This document shows, piece by piece, positions 31,501-45,141 of a stretch of DNA of 52,094 nucleotides. The position numbers and the translations under genes were made by a program. Origin of the DNA: Guillardia theta CCMP2712. Lineage: Eukaryota; Protista; Cryptophyta. The notes beneath the pieces are model-generated. The model was not told where the DNA came from. It saw only the letters and a program-made list of their open reading frames with translations, and searched no databases. The stretch is from the NCBI RefSeq assembly GCF_000315625.1, contig NW_005434556.1:174309-226402 (forward strand), given 5' to 3'. Position 1 is the first letter of the stretch; the number at the start of each line of letters is the position of its first letter.

Positions 31501-34500
31501 CCTCGTCCTCCATGTCGCCTCTGTGCCTGCCGAACAAGTCGACCACGTTCTGCTCCTCCACGGGGTTCTGATCGACCTCGTTCTGGTTTAAGTTGATCCT
31601 CAGCGTTCTCTTCGCGCTCCCCCGGCTCGGCGTCTCCTTGTGCCAGGTGTTGAGCTCCGGGAGAGCTTCGAAGGACCTCTGTAGAGCTGGGCACATGCTG
31701 AGAGCCCGGCTCTCGCACTCAGCGAGGCTGCGCATGCGTTGAATGAGGAAGTGAGGGGTAGACTCGCTGTCATGGGCAAAGTTCTGCATAACAAACCGAA
31801 CATCTCGTTGACTGGCTGCATCGTCGTTGCTCTTGTTCTTGGACGTCTTCATCAGGTTGATCAACTTCGCTCGCACGTCCGAGTTCAAGCACAAGGGCTC
31901 AGCCCGTAGCTCCACGCTGGAGAGATCCGGCAGGTCCTCGTCGGCCTTGGCCTTCTCGAAGCGCAGGAGGACCTTCTGCCTGAGGCATCGATAGCCCAGG
32001 TGGAAGAAGTCCGACTCGGGGATGACCAACGGCAGCAGTTGGGAGGACTCCATGGGCAGCTTATCACACGCTTGCCGAAGGAGCTGAACCAGGTTCGAGA
32101 GGAGCTCCGAATCGTCGAAGAGATCGCCAGGCTCGTCGATCTCGAAGATGGGATCAACGAAGGCTGCTGTGTTGGTAGCCAGGACTTCAAGGTACTCAGT
32201 CAGGAGGAGTGGGACGTCGGAGTTCATGAGCTCTTCCACGTAGACTCCGTCGTTGTTTTGCAGCAGCTGCTTCAGTTTCCAGCGAAGCTCTCGCTCCACC
32301 TCGTGCCTCGGCATCGTGGAGACAGACGAGCACTTGGAAGCATCGATGTGACTCCTCAGGAGGCCCGAGATCTCAGTCAACCTTGCCTTGACATGCTCGC
32401 AACACTTGCTGGTCTGCTCCATGCTGTCGCCCTCGAAGTACTGCGAGATGATGAACTTGGAGGCATTCTGGATGAGGTCAGAGTTTGTAGCCATCGGGGC
32501 CTGCACGTTGCCACCCAGGGGGCTCTTGTCCAACTGCGCCACCTTCCGCACTCTTGCTACCGCACCACAGCGAGTGATGGGCTCCTTGAAGACTTCGGGA
32601 GCATGCCTCATGATCGTGTCCATACATATAAGGGCTGAGATGTAGTTGGGCTGGTTCTTCCCATTGAGTCTGTTACGAAAGTCGCTCTTGTGCGACGACA
32701 GTTCACTCTCGTAGGTGCTCATGTCAATCAGCGAGATCAAGTTCTCCATGCCATTCATCAGAGCAGCTTTCGAGCAGTAAGGAAGAACTTTGGATAGGAT
32801 GTACATCATATGCCGTTTGGTAGCAGTCTGGCCCTTTCCACTCTTCCCTTCAATAGGCTTCTTCAGCGCGTCCAGCAGGACCCGGCAGATATGCTCTGAG
32901 AAAGGAACTTGCAACTCAGGGTGTGAATCTGTGCAGGCGGTCTTCCTCTGAGTGAAGGACTCCTGAATGTCAGCATCTGACATGATGGTGTTGTATATGG
33001 AGACATGAGAGATCGACCCCAAGAACCCCGAGCATCGCTCTCCTTCCAAGTTCTCAGGGCACAGCCCTACCAAGATGTCGCCCTCGGGGTTGACCCGCAC
33101 GCTCTCGGTGGGTTTCAGCTGAACGGACGACCTGAGAAATCCATCCACGAACAACCTGATCGACTTCGCCTTGGCGCAGTACACACAAGTCACCTCACAC
33201 CACCTGCCAGTGTAGATTGAGATGTTTGCGTTGGCTGCAGGCTCACTGCAGAGTCCGGGGCCACATCGTAAGTATCCGTGAGACAAGAAGACCCCAAAGC
33301 CCTGCGCATTCCTTCTCGCTTCCCTGCCCTTGCCCTTTACTCCGAATGACAGCAAGCAAACTTTGGTGGGCGAGCTACAACAGACCTCCGCTGGTTTGAA
33401 ACGGATCCTTACAGTGAACGAGCTGCTGTCAAAGTTCGACGGCATGGGGAAACGAAACCCAGGATTGTTCCTTCCAAAATTTCGTTGCCCCCCATCTTTC
33501 ATGAAAACGAATTCTCGTTTTGCAGGGGATGACAGTTCAGACTCGAACATCTTGATAAGCTGGCACTGACGGGAGTAGAGGTCCGAAAACGAGTCGTGCT
33601 GCATGCTCTGAATACTTTGATACAGAGTTTCAATCGCATCGAGACCCTCTGAGTCCTGCCAAGACGAGTGATCAAGAGAACATCAATGCATATTCCGCCC
33701 GTTACCTTGAGAGCTGTGTTTGCTCCTTGAGACAACATCCAATCAACAATGTCCTTGCGACCTCGCTCAGTTGCCACGTTCAACGGAAGTTTTCCGTCTA
33801 TCAAGGTGTTGAGATCCAGGCTGAGCTCAGTCATGATGGTCTGCAATATCTAGAAAAGGGAAAGTCATTTTCAGCAAACGCATGCACAAGCTGCAGAGGA
33901 AACAAGAACAGGAAAGGCAGACACCTGGACGTCTCTCTCGTCTGACATGCCTTCTTCTACAGCAGACAGATAATGCAGGAAGGATGAAGCGGTCAACCTG
34001 CGGATAATTAATCTTGAAGACGGCATGGTCCTTCTAAGATTTTGACTGGTTGCTTACTTCTTGTCTTGACTTTCACCATTTAAACGTATGACTTGTTCAA
34101 GGCCTTCAGCATCTTTCTGTTGCAACGCATAGGCCAAGGCATTGCTGTGAACTGGCTGCACATCGTATGCCTCTTCTGCACCCCATCTATACCTGAGGAT
34201 GCATCACACCAGAGCCCTCCAATCATGCAAATGTCATACCCATTCCGACCACCAGCATCCCACTGCACACGAATCCAACCTTCTGCGCCCTTCTCCGTAC
34301 CGCTGATGACAACACCTTCGCACCCTTGTCCACCATCTTGATCACCCCACTTCCAATCCTGACCCCTTCGAACTCGGGTCCCAGACAGCTGGAAATCACA
34401 GGTCAGGAGGCATCAGCAACAGCAAGACTTCAGTACAAGCTCTCTAACAGCCGCATCGGATGCTCGGCTTCCGGCACCAGAAGCCCCCTCTCCAAAGGCT

Positions 34501-37268
34501 TCATCAATAAAAAAATGTCTCCTCCTCATCCTTGGTCCATCATGCCTCGCAAGCTTTGTCCTCTGGAGTCTGTTCATTGCAAGTACATGTCATTACAAGC
34601 CGAAGAACCATGCACACTGAGACATGACACCGAGGCACTCTTGAAGATAAGATGGACTGACAGATCAACAACAGAGAGCGCACATACCTATGCATTCTGA
34701 TTTCAAATTCAGCTCTTCTTTCTTGCAATTCCGCGAAAGATCTGCATGAAGTGGAACATGAGAGCTTGCCTCAAACTAGATTGATTCATCCACCTGTGCG
34801 GAATTTCATCATCATCAAAATCAAAGCCTTCTTTTATTTCTGAGTCATCCATGTTGTCATCTGAAGTATCGATGATCCCTTTGGACAAGTCTATTTCTCT
34901 GAATCTTGATGCATCTTTGTAAATCTTGGCATGTCCTTCCGTGATGCACCCTAGCAGGTCATCGACAAGAGACAGGATCCCCGTCATCCTTATCTGCGAG
35001 TAGGAGAAAATCAAGGAATTCAGATACAAAGGAGAACTAACTAGCTTGCAGACCTGCTTGCCATCTCCGTTCAAAGCAGTTTCTATAAACTCCAGTATCT
35101 TTGTTGGCACAGCGCTGTGCGAGGTGTGGCTTTCATCGACTAATCGTCTCAGAAGCTCACCAGGAAGTCAGCAAGCAACAACATGCACAGTGATGGGGTT
35201 CTACCTGATGTGAAAGGAGGCACATGGTGGACACAAGTCGAACTGCTAGACCAAATATCTTGGAGTGCTGGCAAGTTGCCAAGAGGTTCAAAAGTGCCGA
35301 CAAGACTGATCCTCCCTCTGGTACGAAGCTGTCGAATACCATGCTGCGATTGCTTCGAGGAACAAGTATCAGATAGTTCAACATCAAGAATGTCTACCTT
35401 GGAGAAAGCTTGTCCAACGAGCGAAGAAATGCAGAGTACACAGTCAAGACCCCTTCAACCAAAGTTGGGTCGTTCCTCGACAACAGATGTCCAAGATCTT
35501 GTAGCGCTTTCGCGATCTCAAGGTAACACTTCAAGTCTGAAGATTTGATCGAGGACACGAAAAGGGGAAGTGAGCGTATGGCTGGATGCAGAGCCACTGG
35601 CGTAAGCTTTCCGCTAGCTCCAGGGAGCCCGGCGTTACCCTGAGCACAATTTTTCACAAACTTGCAAGATGTAAAGTTGGGAATCTTACCTGTGAGATGC
35701 TCACAAGACCATCGAACTCTCTGACAAACCCCAAAATACAATTAACCCCTTGAAGTCTAGTGATGGTATCCAATTTCGATGAGATCTGAATTGAAGTGTC
35801 AGAGTGACTGAGCGACTGGTGACATCCACCACACACCGCTTGAGTGCATAACTTCTCAAGAATCGCAAAGGTCTCTTTGACAAGTTCGCACACTAGGCTG
35901 TTCTTGTAGGACTCCTGGTTAAGGTTCGCAATTCGTGAAAGCTGGAATCACTGAGTCATAGTCCTGCACGAAACAGAACAAGCTGGTTCACCAGCTTTGG
36001 AAGGATCGGGCCTGTCTCCTTGGACATTCTATATCTGTCGCGATCGCGATCTTCCGCCATGGGAGGGCACTCGTCCAAACCACGATTCAAGAAGCACAGA
36101 GCTTGGTAAGGCACAGCGAACGAATCGCAGAACCTGCATCGCTCGGCGTGAATACTTGCAAGAGGGAGAAAGAGAGCAACTCTCACGGCAGGTCATCGGC
36201 AGCCAGTCTCCGTATATCATCAAGGAGCGGCAGAAAGTTCGACTTGAGAGCACCTTTAAATCCTCTGCCGCGTTTCGCACTTTCATTCTGTAATGAGATC
36301 TCACACGCTCAAGTCTGCCGCATAATGACTTGTGCGCTTCATACCTGCCAGCCCCAGTATTGATCTCCCAGATCGCGGAAGTAGTCGAGCAGTCGTTGTT
36401 GCTTCGCTTCATTGGAGTCATCGGACGAGAAATCCGTTTTATTGTCGGGCTCTGCTTCTTGCGGGCTGGTGAGGATGAGCAAGGCAGCGAAGTCATCGTT
36501 GTTCGTCTTCTTGAGAGCCGCCTGTTGAGCATGATTTCTCAGCGTCCCGAAGGAGAGCTCACGGATGAGGATACCTTTGCAGCCTCTCTCTCGAAGCCTT
36601 GCTGCACCAGCTGCCTCAGCAGCCCTTCTTGTACCCGAACATCGTTCTCTTGTCCCCCCTTCCATACTTCACCCTTCACGAGTGTCTGCAGTCTCTGCAG
36701 CCACATCTATCGCTTGACAGCCTGCCAGTGCTGATTCAAGCGCGGGTGCAGATTTCCTGAAAAGGGATCGATCAGAAAGATGCAAGAACAGCGAAATGTC
36801 AGTCAGAATACTGCATACTGTTGAAAAAACTGAAAGCCGATGTAAAAACACCTCTTTCAGCTGACACTAGCTCGTCAATCTCACAACACGCATACTCTAG
36901 ATCATATTTAGTCGGCAGAATTGATTGCACAGGGTTGCAACGCAACCCTCTCAACCGTGACAAGACAACTCGTGAAAACTCGCGATGCCGTGTCACCGCA
37001 ACCAGCACATCGCCGCATCTACATGACAGCGCTGATCCTGCTCCCATCACATCATCTTTGTCTTCTCAAACTGAGCATGATCAAGGCCTACATCCGCCAC
37101 GGCCTTACACAGCCGTTCCCTGACAACCTGACAAGTTTCAGCTTTGTTCCTAGTGAACGACTCCCCATCTGCTCTCATTCTCGTATGCTGCTTCTCTCTT
37201 GTTCAATAGCTCCTGTCTCCTTCGTTCGACATCATCATCGTCGTCTTCTCCTCCCTTCTCATCTTCTC

Positions 37269-37301
<33 letters not shown>

Positions 37302-37344
37302 CTTCCCCTCGTCTCCTCCGTGCATCACAGCGCAAAGCTGCCAT
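28584..37344 (-). CDS. Large multi-exon HECT E3 ubiquitin ligase (HECTD1/TRIP12-like: helical repeats, MIB/HERC2, ankyrin, LamG-like, HECT), frameshifted as assembled
   Basis: MIB/HERC2: [18 protein letters not shown]...GWIRVQWD (~34240-34390). Ankyrin: [24 protein letters not shown] (~33720-33800). LamG-like: [11 protein letters not shown]...IRLFVDG...[10 protein letters not shown] (~32980-33430). HECT: [61 protein letters not shown]...[17 protein letters not shown]. The start and 5' exons are uncertain. Confidence 0.88.
30006..30111. repeat. Perfect 53-bp tandem duplication inside the HECT coding exon
   Basis: gcttcgtctctcgttgtccgccggcagctgctcggggaacagcccctccttgt occurs at 30006 and 30059; [17 protein letters not shown] appears in two frames. 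Confidence 0.95.
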
Positions 37345-38555
37345 AGGGAGACTCCCCTGCACCCCACCCCTACCCCACCAGAACCCCCCTTTGGTGGAGT
37401 ATTATTACCTTATTAGGGTACCCAACCCCACAATTTTCCAGCATTTATTGACCCTACCCCTACTTTACTATCAAATGTACCCCATAAATCTACAGTCATT
37501 TATTATTTGATTCTACCCCTACCCTCTATTCTCTCCTCCTCACCCTGGTTCGTCCTCCCATGAACCTACCCTACCCCCTCCGTGTTAAAACCCTAGACCA
37601 GGTTTGCGAACATGTACCCCCTTATTCCCTTTTATGTACCCCACCATTCCCTTCCACCCACCTCTCCTCAGTGATCTGTTTTTACTACCTACCCCATCTG
37701 CACCCTGATGTGCCACCCCACCCCATCATGGCCCTGCAACACCCAGGAATTTGATCTGGACTACCCCTCCATAGAACACCGTTTGTACCCTCCTTTGACC
37801 AATGACCCTGGGGAAACAAGTCCCCCCCTCCAACCCACCCCTTTCGGTCCAGAAGACTCAACTGACCCCACCAGGTAATCTTGTAGACCATGACCCTAGC
37901 TCTCAAAACTTCTAAAAGTACCCCCTCAGAGTCCTCTTTATGTACCCCTAATGACACTACCCCCACCCCCCAGCGATCCCATTAATGTGCTCCTATGCGG
38001 ACTACTTTTGAAGATCGGACGAATATACCCTGGGGTAGGGGTAGAAATTTAGTACCGGTACTAAAGTATCAATTTATGGGTTTAGAGATAGGGTAGGGGT
38101 AACATTTTAGGGGGTATATCCGATAGGGGGTTGTGTCCAACAAAATCTGAAATCACGAATCAAGGGGGTACTTTATTGGCTCGAAAGGAGGGGTGGAGAG
38201 ACTTGTAGGTAGGGAGGGGTTAAAAAACACTTGGAAACAGGGGTACAGGTTTTATTGTAGACACTACGGGTGATTTTCCCTAAAGAACAGGGTGATTGTG
38301 TGAGGAGGGGGTAATCGGGGTTTATTGGGATCTTTTTCATGCCGGGGTGAGTTTGGACAGCGAGCGGGAGAGAGGGAGGAGGAGGAGGAGGAGGAGGAGG
38401 AGGAGGGAGGGGGGGAGAAGAGGAAGAAGTGGAGGGGGAGGGGGAAGAGGAGGTGGATCAGGAGGAGGAGCAGGAGGAGGAGCAGGAGGATCAAGAGGAT
38501 CAGGAGGAGGATCAGGAGGAGGAGCAGGAGGAGCAGGAGGAGCGGGAGGAGCAGG

Positions 38556-38590
<35 letters not shown>

Positions 38591-39080
38591 TAGGAGGGAG
38601 GGAGGTAAGGAAGTAGGTGAGTGTACGGAGAGAATGTGGAGAGCACGCTTTGTGATGGTTTCGATCACGAATGATCGTGGACGGAGCATTGCTTCTATTC
38701 CGTGATAGTCGAAACATGCACCCGAGAAGGAGGAGAAGAAGCAAGGACGATGAGTCATGATGTGATTGAGGAAATATATCCTGTCTTGCAGGAAAATCAC
38801 AACGAGTTTCTTGAATTGTGGGAAAGAGTAACATGCAGTTCAGGTGCACGCAATGTACGCAGCAAAGAGCAGTTGTGAGGGAGGTCCGAGAAGATAGAAA
38901 CCCTGAAACAAACACAAGGAACAGTCTTCCTGCGTAAAAGAGGGCCTCAAGATGAAAACACACGTCGTCCTCCTGATCATCATGGCGCAATCCTTTGTTG
39001 TCGGGGAGGGATACAGCCCAAAGATGGCAGATACTGAGGTCTGAAATCATTGAGCGTGCTGTTCCCTCCTGACTTCCTTG

Positions 39081-40843
39081 ATGAAGGGCTCACTTGTGTG
39101 CTGTGGAGGCTCGCGATCTGCTGATGCAGCCAGTCGTCGAAGGGGCCCCTCCTTCCAGAAGCTGAGAGTCCTTGGAAGCGTTGAGGAAGGTGAAGGGGAA
39201 CGAGCCACAATCGATCTTGTGCGAGGAAGGGGTGCAAAGATCCTCATGAGAGTCTCAGGCGACGTCTGGAGGGATCGGAGGATCGCTTGCGGCGCTTCTG
39301 CCGAGGGTTTACTTCGGATAAGAGGGGGAAAGCGGCAGAGGGGGCTAGACCAAGAGCAAAGCAGCATGGTGGATACAGTCAGCCCACGTCGAGAAAGGAG
39401 GAGCGCGAGGTAGACGTGTGTTTATGATGAACGTGTGCGGTGCGGAGGTCGATGCCTGAAGTGTTCCTTGCCAGGGACTCTAGCACAACCGTGAGGACTG
39501 AGTCTGAACTGGAAGAGCTCCCGCAATCAGGAGTGGAGGACATGGAGGGGTCGGGGTCTCTATCGCAGCCTTCGTCGGAGCTGAAGGCGAGGGTTGACGA
39601 CAATCTGAAGCATCTGCTCAAGGCAAACCGCTTCCATGCATGTGCCCACCCTGCTGACCGCTGACTCGTCCCCGCAGGAAACGTCGGAGGAGCCTGCTGA
39701 CTCTGAGGATATCCAAAGTATGCTGAGTCACAAAGGGCTGAAGAACATCTCTGCGCTGGAGAACTTCGTCGCACAAGCACAGATTGATCAAGACAAGCTG
39801 AACGAGCTTGAAGCGGAGTATGCCAAGTTAGAAGAGGCAGAGAAGCAGCAGATACAGAGGTGCGGATTATGAAGAAACGTCGGTCCCTGCTGACACCAAC
39901 TTTCGTTGCCTGGTCCAACAGACCACAGAAGAGCAAGTTATACTTCCGTGAGAGCGACAGTACCACGGAGATGTTCGACAAGGCTGAGCGACTTCATGAC
40001 ATGATCCTTGCGGGTGAACCTGGAGGCGGCGAAAACGTCAGCGACTTTTCTATCAGCGAGTCGACGAGGTCGACAATGAGCAGGTACTCTCAGTGCTCTG
40101 TGTGCTCAGAGGTGCCGCAGCTCCTATGAGAAGGATGGCGTCAGAGTGCACGCGTACGACCGATCGATGCACAAGCTGAGCAAGATTCAGGTCTGATCAA
40201 GGGGAGGTGGCGTGACTTCCAGCTGACGCTTGTGTGGCCGTCAGAAACTGATCGACTATCTCATCGGGCTTCAGGAGAAGGTGGAGCCAGACACGGAGGA
40301 CTTCCATCCCAAGATCCCTCAGCTGAAGGAGCTGAAGAGTTTTCTCCAAGAAGCCATGACCAAAGACATCGTGAGATTGACGACGCGAACCTTGCTCGTT
40401 GCTAGATGCTCCATGCTTCTCAGCTTGCCCTGCAATATGCCCATGTTGCTTCTTGAATCGCCTGCTCACTTCGTCCGTGGCAGAGCTTCCTTCACGACCC
40501 CCCCACCGATGCGCTTGACATGCTGAAAAAGAAGCCCCAGCACCCGCAGGAGGTTTCTCCTCCTTCCCCGTAGGCAAGCTGAGACCGTGACCAGGAGCAG
40601 CAGTTGTCAGAAGTAGATCATCTGCGCATATCGCACAAGTATGTCAAGGTGATACCGTCTTTCTCCCCATGGCTCGAGTGAGCTTGCCCGAAGAAACATC
40701 CCCTGGATATCCTCCTCATGAGCACCGCCAAGTTGGGACGAGTCAAGATGCTGAAAAGACTCGTCGAGCTCGGAGCTGACGTCAAGGTGCTGTTTGCTCT
40801 CACTCCCCTGTTGTTGGAAGCATCCTGTGTTGCTGCTGCTATC

Positions 40844-40877
<34 letters not shown>

Positions 40878-40887
40878 TGTAGTTGTA

Positions 40888-40930
<43 letters not shown>

Positions 40931-42674
40931 ATGTTGATGGAGATGTTGATTGCAACGACTACGACTACGACGGTGATTATGATTGTGATGCAGGCCCACA
41001 ACCCACTGATGGGCAACTGGACTGCCCTGCACTCAGCTGCCGCCGAGGGGCATGACCGAGCCGGTCAGCGGTGAACCTCGTCCGTTGACGTCATGACCCT
41101 CCTGGTAGTCACGTTCCTCCTCGAGGCCGGCGCCGACCCCAACTTCAAGGAAGCATGTAGGACGCTTGCTGGATCGTTGCCGTCTATGTCGCCTCAGCTG
41201 AGATCCTGCTGCAGGCAGAGGGTTCACGGCGCTGCACTGCGCAGCATGCTTCGGGTTTGTGGATACGGTGGAGGTGAGAAGGGAGTGGAAGGGGTGGGAG
41301 GGTGGGGGAGGAGGAGGAGGAGAAGTGAAATGACGATCCTTGCTGTAGGCCCTCGCGGCAAATGGCGCAAACGTGAATGAAAGGTCGAGCTGGGAGGGAG
41401 GGAGGGAGGGAGGGGGACGGAGGGGACGGAGGCGATGGATAGAGGGAGGGAGGGAGGGAGGGAGGGAGGGAGGGAGGGAGGGAGGGCAGGGAGGGAGGGA
41501 NNNNNNNNNNNNNNNNNNNNNNNNNNNNNNNNNNNNNNNNNNNNNNNNNNNNNNNNNNNNNNNNNNNNNNNNNNNNNNNNNNNNNNNNNNNNNNNNNNNN
41601 CCGTACACGAACTCCCTTTTATTCCTCCTGGTCCACTCACAGACCTACGCGCAAGGGTACCCGTTTTCTCCGAGGGAGGGAGGGAGAAGCGACACGGACC
41701 AGGCGGTTGTAAAGCAAGTAAGCAGGTGCAGCAGCGGGTGGACGCCTCTGGATTATTCATACTTCCTGCATTTCTCGGAGGTCGCTGGGGTCAGGCCGAG
41801 TCTCGTCCTTGTGTTCCTTTGACACGTTCGTGCTTCTCAAGGTTGGGATTGATGAGGGGGGAGACGAGGAGGAAGAGGATGAGGAGCAGGTCGAAAGGAA
41901 GAAACAATTCCTGGCCATGTTTGACCAGCTCGACGTCACACCCCACCAGAACGACACTGAGTGAGAGGCAGGGCAGGTTTCGTTCCTCAGCTCAGCTTCT
42001 GCTGTTGACAGGCTGCGACTCTTCGCCAAGAAGATCATTGAGTTGTCCCGCGAAAAAAGCAATCCGACCATCATAATGAGCCACATGGAGACTGCGAGAA
42101 TACTGGGGGTACTCCCCTCCCCTGACTCCTCCTCCTCCTCGCTCCTAACCTTCACTACCTCCTGTCTCTCCTCTTCTTCTTTCTCGTTGTCCTTCTTTCG
42201 ACTCCTCCGCTACCTCCTCCTCCACCTCCCCCTCTCCTCCTGCTCCTGCTCCTGCTCCTCTTGCTCCTCCTCTTGCTCCTCCTCCTCCTCCTCTTCCTTG
42301 GCCTCCTCCTGGCTCTCACGTTCTTGCCAGTCCGTCTACAACGCCAAGAGCACCATAGATTTGACCTTGTTCGACATGAAAAATACTATCAGGAAGAAGA
42401 AGGGCGACGATGAAGAGGAAGAAGCGAAAGCGGTGATTAGTGATTGTGACAACTCTCGGCCTGTTCACCATGAGAGAAGGCGATTCGCAAGGCTCTTGGG
42501 GAGGAGGAGGACGAACGTCAACAGGAAATCAAGAGGATGAAGCTTGAGGTAGGACGGGCTAGTCATCTGTTGGGTCCTGACTGGGAGTAGGAGCTGGGAA
42601 AGGCCGCTCTCACGTCGTTGGACGAGATCATGGGAGATCCGATATTGTCCTCGTCTTCTAGCATGCAGGAATAA
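39081..42674 (+). CDS. Multi-exon ankyrin-repeat protein with coiled-coil/acidic regions
   Basis: Spliced segments: LLMSTAKLGRVKMLKRLVELGADVK, GNWTALHSAAAEGHDRAVTFLLEAGADPN, GFTALHCAACFGFVDTVE, ALAANGANVN and SGWTPLDYS. The upstream exons appear to join in frame (TKDI|SFLHDPP). Stop TAA at 42672-42674. The start is uncertain and the gene spans a gap. Confidence 0.7.
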
Positions 42675-43467
42675 CTAGTGGATACCTACTCTCTCCCCCT
42701 CTTCCTCATTCCATCCGTCCGTCCAATCCCTCCCTCCCTCCCTCCCTCCCTCCCTCCCTCCACGCCTGGTCAAGTTCTCCTTTGAAGATCCCGTTTTCTC
42801 ATCTTGCGCATCTGCTGGGGATGGGGGGGGGGCAGGGCCTGAAAGTTTGCAAGTACAAGTGACTTGTTCAAGAGAGAGTCTCAGCAGCAGCATGGACATG
42901 TTATGATGCGATCCTCAGAAATTTTGCTCAACATCAGGTTGATGTCATACAGCAACTCAAAGTTGACAGAGCCCAACTAGCAGCTCCATGGCAGCCAACG
43001 ATCTGTCTTAACAAGATCCTTTGCTGCTGCTACGTGAACAGCAGACGCTGCTAACGGACCGTTTCCATCCCATCTCCCCCTCCCTCTGCCACACATTCCC
43101 CCACAACCTCCCGCACCTGACCCTCGTGTCTCGCTGCTGTACCACAAGAGCTGTCGCTTGTTTGCGTGACCGTGGGTCATCCCCAACAAGTCTCAAGCAG
43201 CGAAGTGCCGAACGTGCCTCCTCCTCCATCTCCTCCTCTGCTTCCCCCACGGACACCACTTCTCCTCCTCCTCTTCCGCCTTCCCCAACAAGGTATCGAC
43301 GTACAGTGTTAGACATAAATCTCATCGTTGCCCTCCGATGAATCCGCTACTCTGATCCTTGAGAGGCAACAGACCCTTGATAGACCTCTATGACGTATCG
43401 CACACAGTCATGTGTCACTAGTGTACTAACTAGTATCACTAGTATTCCAACTCGCAACCCATGTATG

Positions 43468-43828
43468 CTATCAGTATGATGATGACATGTATCAGTATGA
43501 TGATGACGTGTATCAGTATGATGATGACGTGTATCAGTATGATGATGACGTGTATCAGTATGATGATGACGTGTATCAGTATGATGATGACGTGTATCAG
43601 TATGATGATGACGTGTATCAGTATGATGATGACGTGTATCAGTATGATGATGACGTGTATCAGTATGATGATGACGTGTATCAGTATGATGATGACGTGT
43701 ATCAGTATGATGATGACGTGTATCAGTATGATGATGACGTGTATCAGTATGATGATGACGTGTATCAGTATGATGATGACGTGTATCAGTATGATGATGA
43801 CGTGTATCAGTATGATGATGACGTGTAT
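43468..43828. repeat. 21-bp minisatellite (gtatcagtatgatgatgacgt), ~17 copies
   Basis: Read directly; it produces the VYQYDDD, TCISMMM and HHHTDTR ORFs. Confidence 0.95.
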
Positions 43829-43846
43829 TGTTGTTTCGTAACGGAC

Positions 43847-44904
43847 TCAAGCTGTCAACAGCCTCCCCTGCACCTCCTGACTGACGTACCAGTCGTTCCT
43901 GCCGTCGCTGTGGTAGAACGAGTAGCCGTTGGCGGTCAGCAGCCTTCGGATGAGGCTGTTCTTGGTGACGTTGTGGGTGGTAGCCTGCAGGAAGGAACCA
44001 GGAGGCGTCACAGGAGGCCAAGGAGACAGTCAAAGTCTTCACCACCCACCTCTGCTGCGATCACCCCGAACTTGACGCTGCTGTAGTCGATCGACTCGAG
44101 CACCTCAAGCTCCCCTCCCTCCACGTCGACAGTCAGCAGGTCGACCTGCTCCACCCGGAGGAACCGCAGAATCGCCGACAGCGGCAGGCAGAGCATCTTG
44201 TGCATTGACTGAGTCTTGTGCCAGTACCGAAGAAAGGAGGGGGCCATGAACTCGTAGATGCCGCGCACTGCGGGCCCTCCCGATGTCATGTAGTGAACCT
44301 CCCGTTCCTCCTTGCAGATCGCCGCATGCACCAGCACCTGGTCCGGCCTGTTCTTGACGAGCTGCCTGAAGTTGTCAGGATCGGCCTCGATCAAGATCCC
44401 CCGCCATCCCATGGCACGCTCGAAGTAGAAGGAGTTGGAGTAGGTCGACCCATCAAGGGCCCCGAGCTCCAGGAAAGTTCCGCTGCTGCTGTTGCGGAAG
44501 AAGTGGGACCAGGCGAAGCGGTCCTCTCCTGACTGGCTGCGGGAGAAGGAGGGGAGGAAGGAGGCGGAGGGCCGGGGCTGCCGCTGCCCCGCGGCCATGT
44601 CCTTGGATGCCAAGGAAGACGTATGTCGGGGAAAGATCCAGTGCAGAGGTATTGACATGCTGTTGCTGTTGCTCGTTGTTGAACCTTTCTCACTGACAGA
44701 CTGTGCTTGCGGGAGAGGGCGAGGAGGACCAGTATGCCTCTGATCAGCCCTCAGCCTCTTGGAAGCTGTCTCCTGGGGTTGAAGGCTCTTGGCTTCGGCT
44801 CTCCGCTGAGAGATTTCCCCTCCATCCCACGGCCTTGAGAAACTGATCCAGCAGACAACTCCAATGACCGACAGGGCAACGAGGATAGCTGTCTTGTCAA
44901 CCAT
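43847..44904 (-). CDS. FkbM-family (Methyltransf_21) SAM-dependent methyltransferase with N-terminal membrane anchor
   Basis: Motifs GTFLELGALDGSTYSNSFYFERAMGWRGILIEAD and VDLLTVDVEGGELEVLESID. One intron follows VIAAE; the last exon reads ATTHNVTKNSLIRRLLTANGYSFYHSDGRNDWYVSQEVQGRLLTA*. Confidence 0.9.
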
Positions 44905-45052
44905 CTCTTGGATGTCAAACCTCCCCTGATCTCTCGCTTGTCCTGACCCTGTCCTGACTCTGATACAATCCTACTCTACCCTATCCTACCTTAACAGGCT
45001 TCTTGACATCCTGACATGCTGTAGTCCTGTCCACGTACCTGTGGTGATCAGA

Positions 45053-45140
<88 letters not shown>
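45053..45140. repeat. (CTG)n microsatellite
   Basis: Read directly, with a few interruptions. Confidence 0.93.

Positions 45141-45141
<1 letters not shown>

Noticed and set aside
38264-38800. Poly-Leu, Arg/Ser and Gly/Ala ORFs
   Set aside because: They are translations of (GGA)/(GGAGCA) simple repeats.
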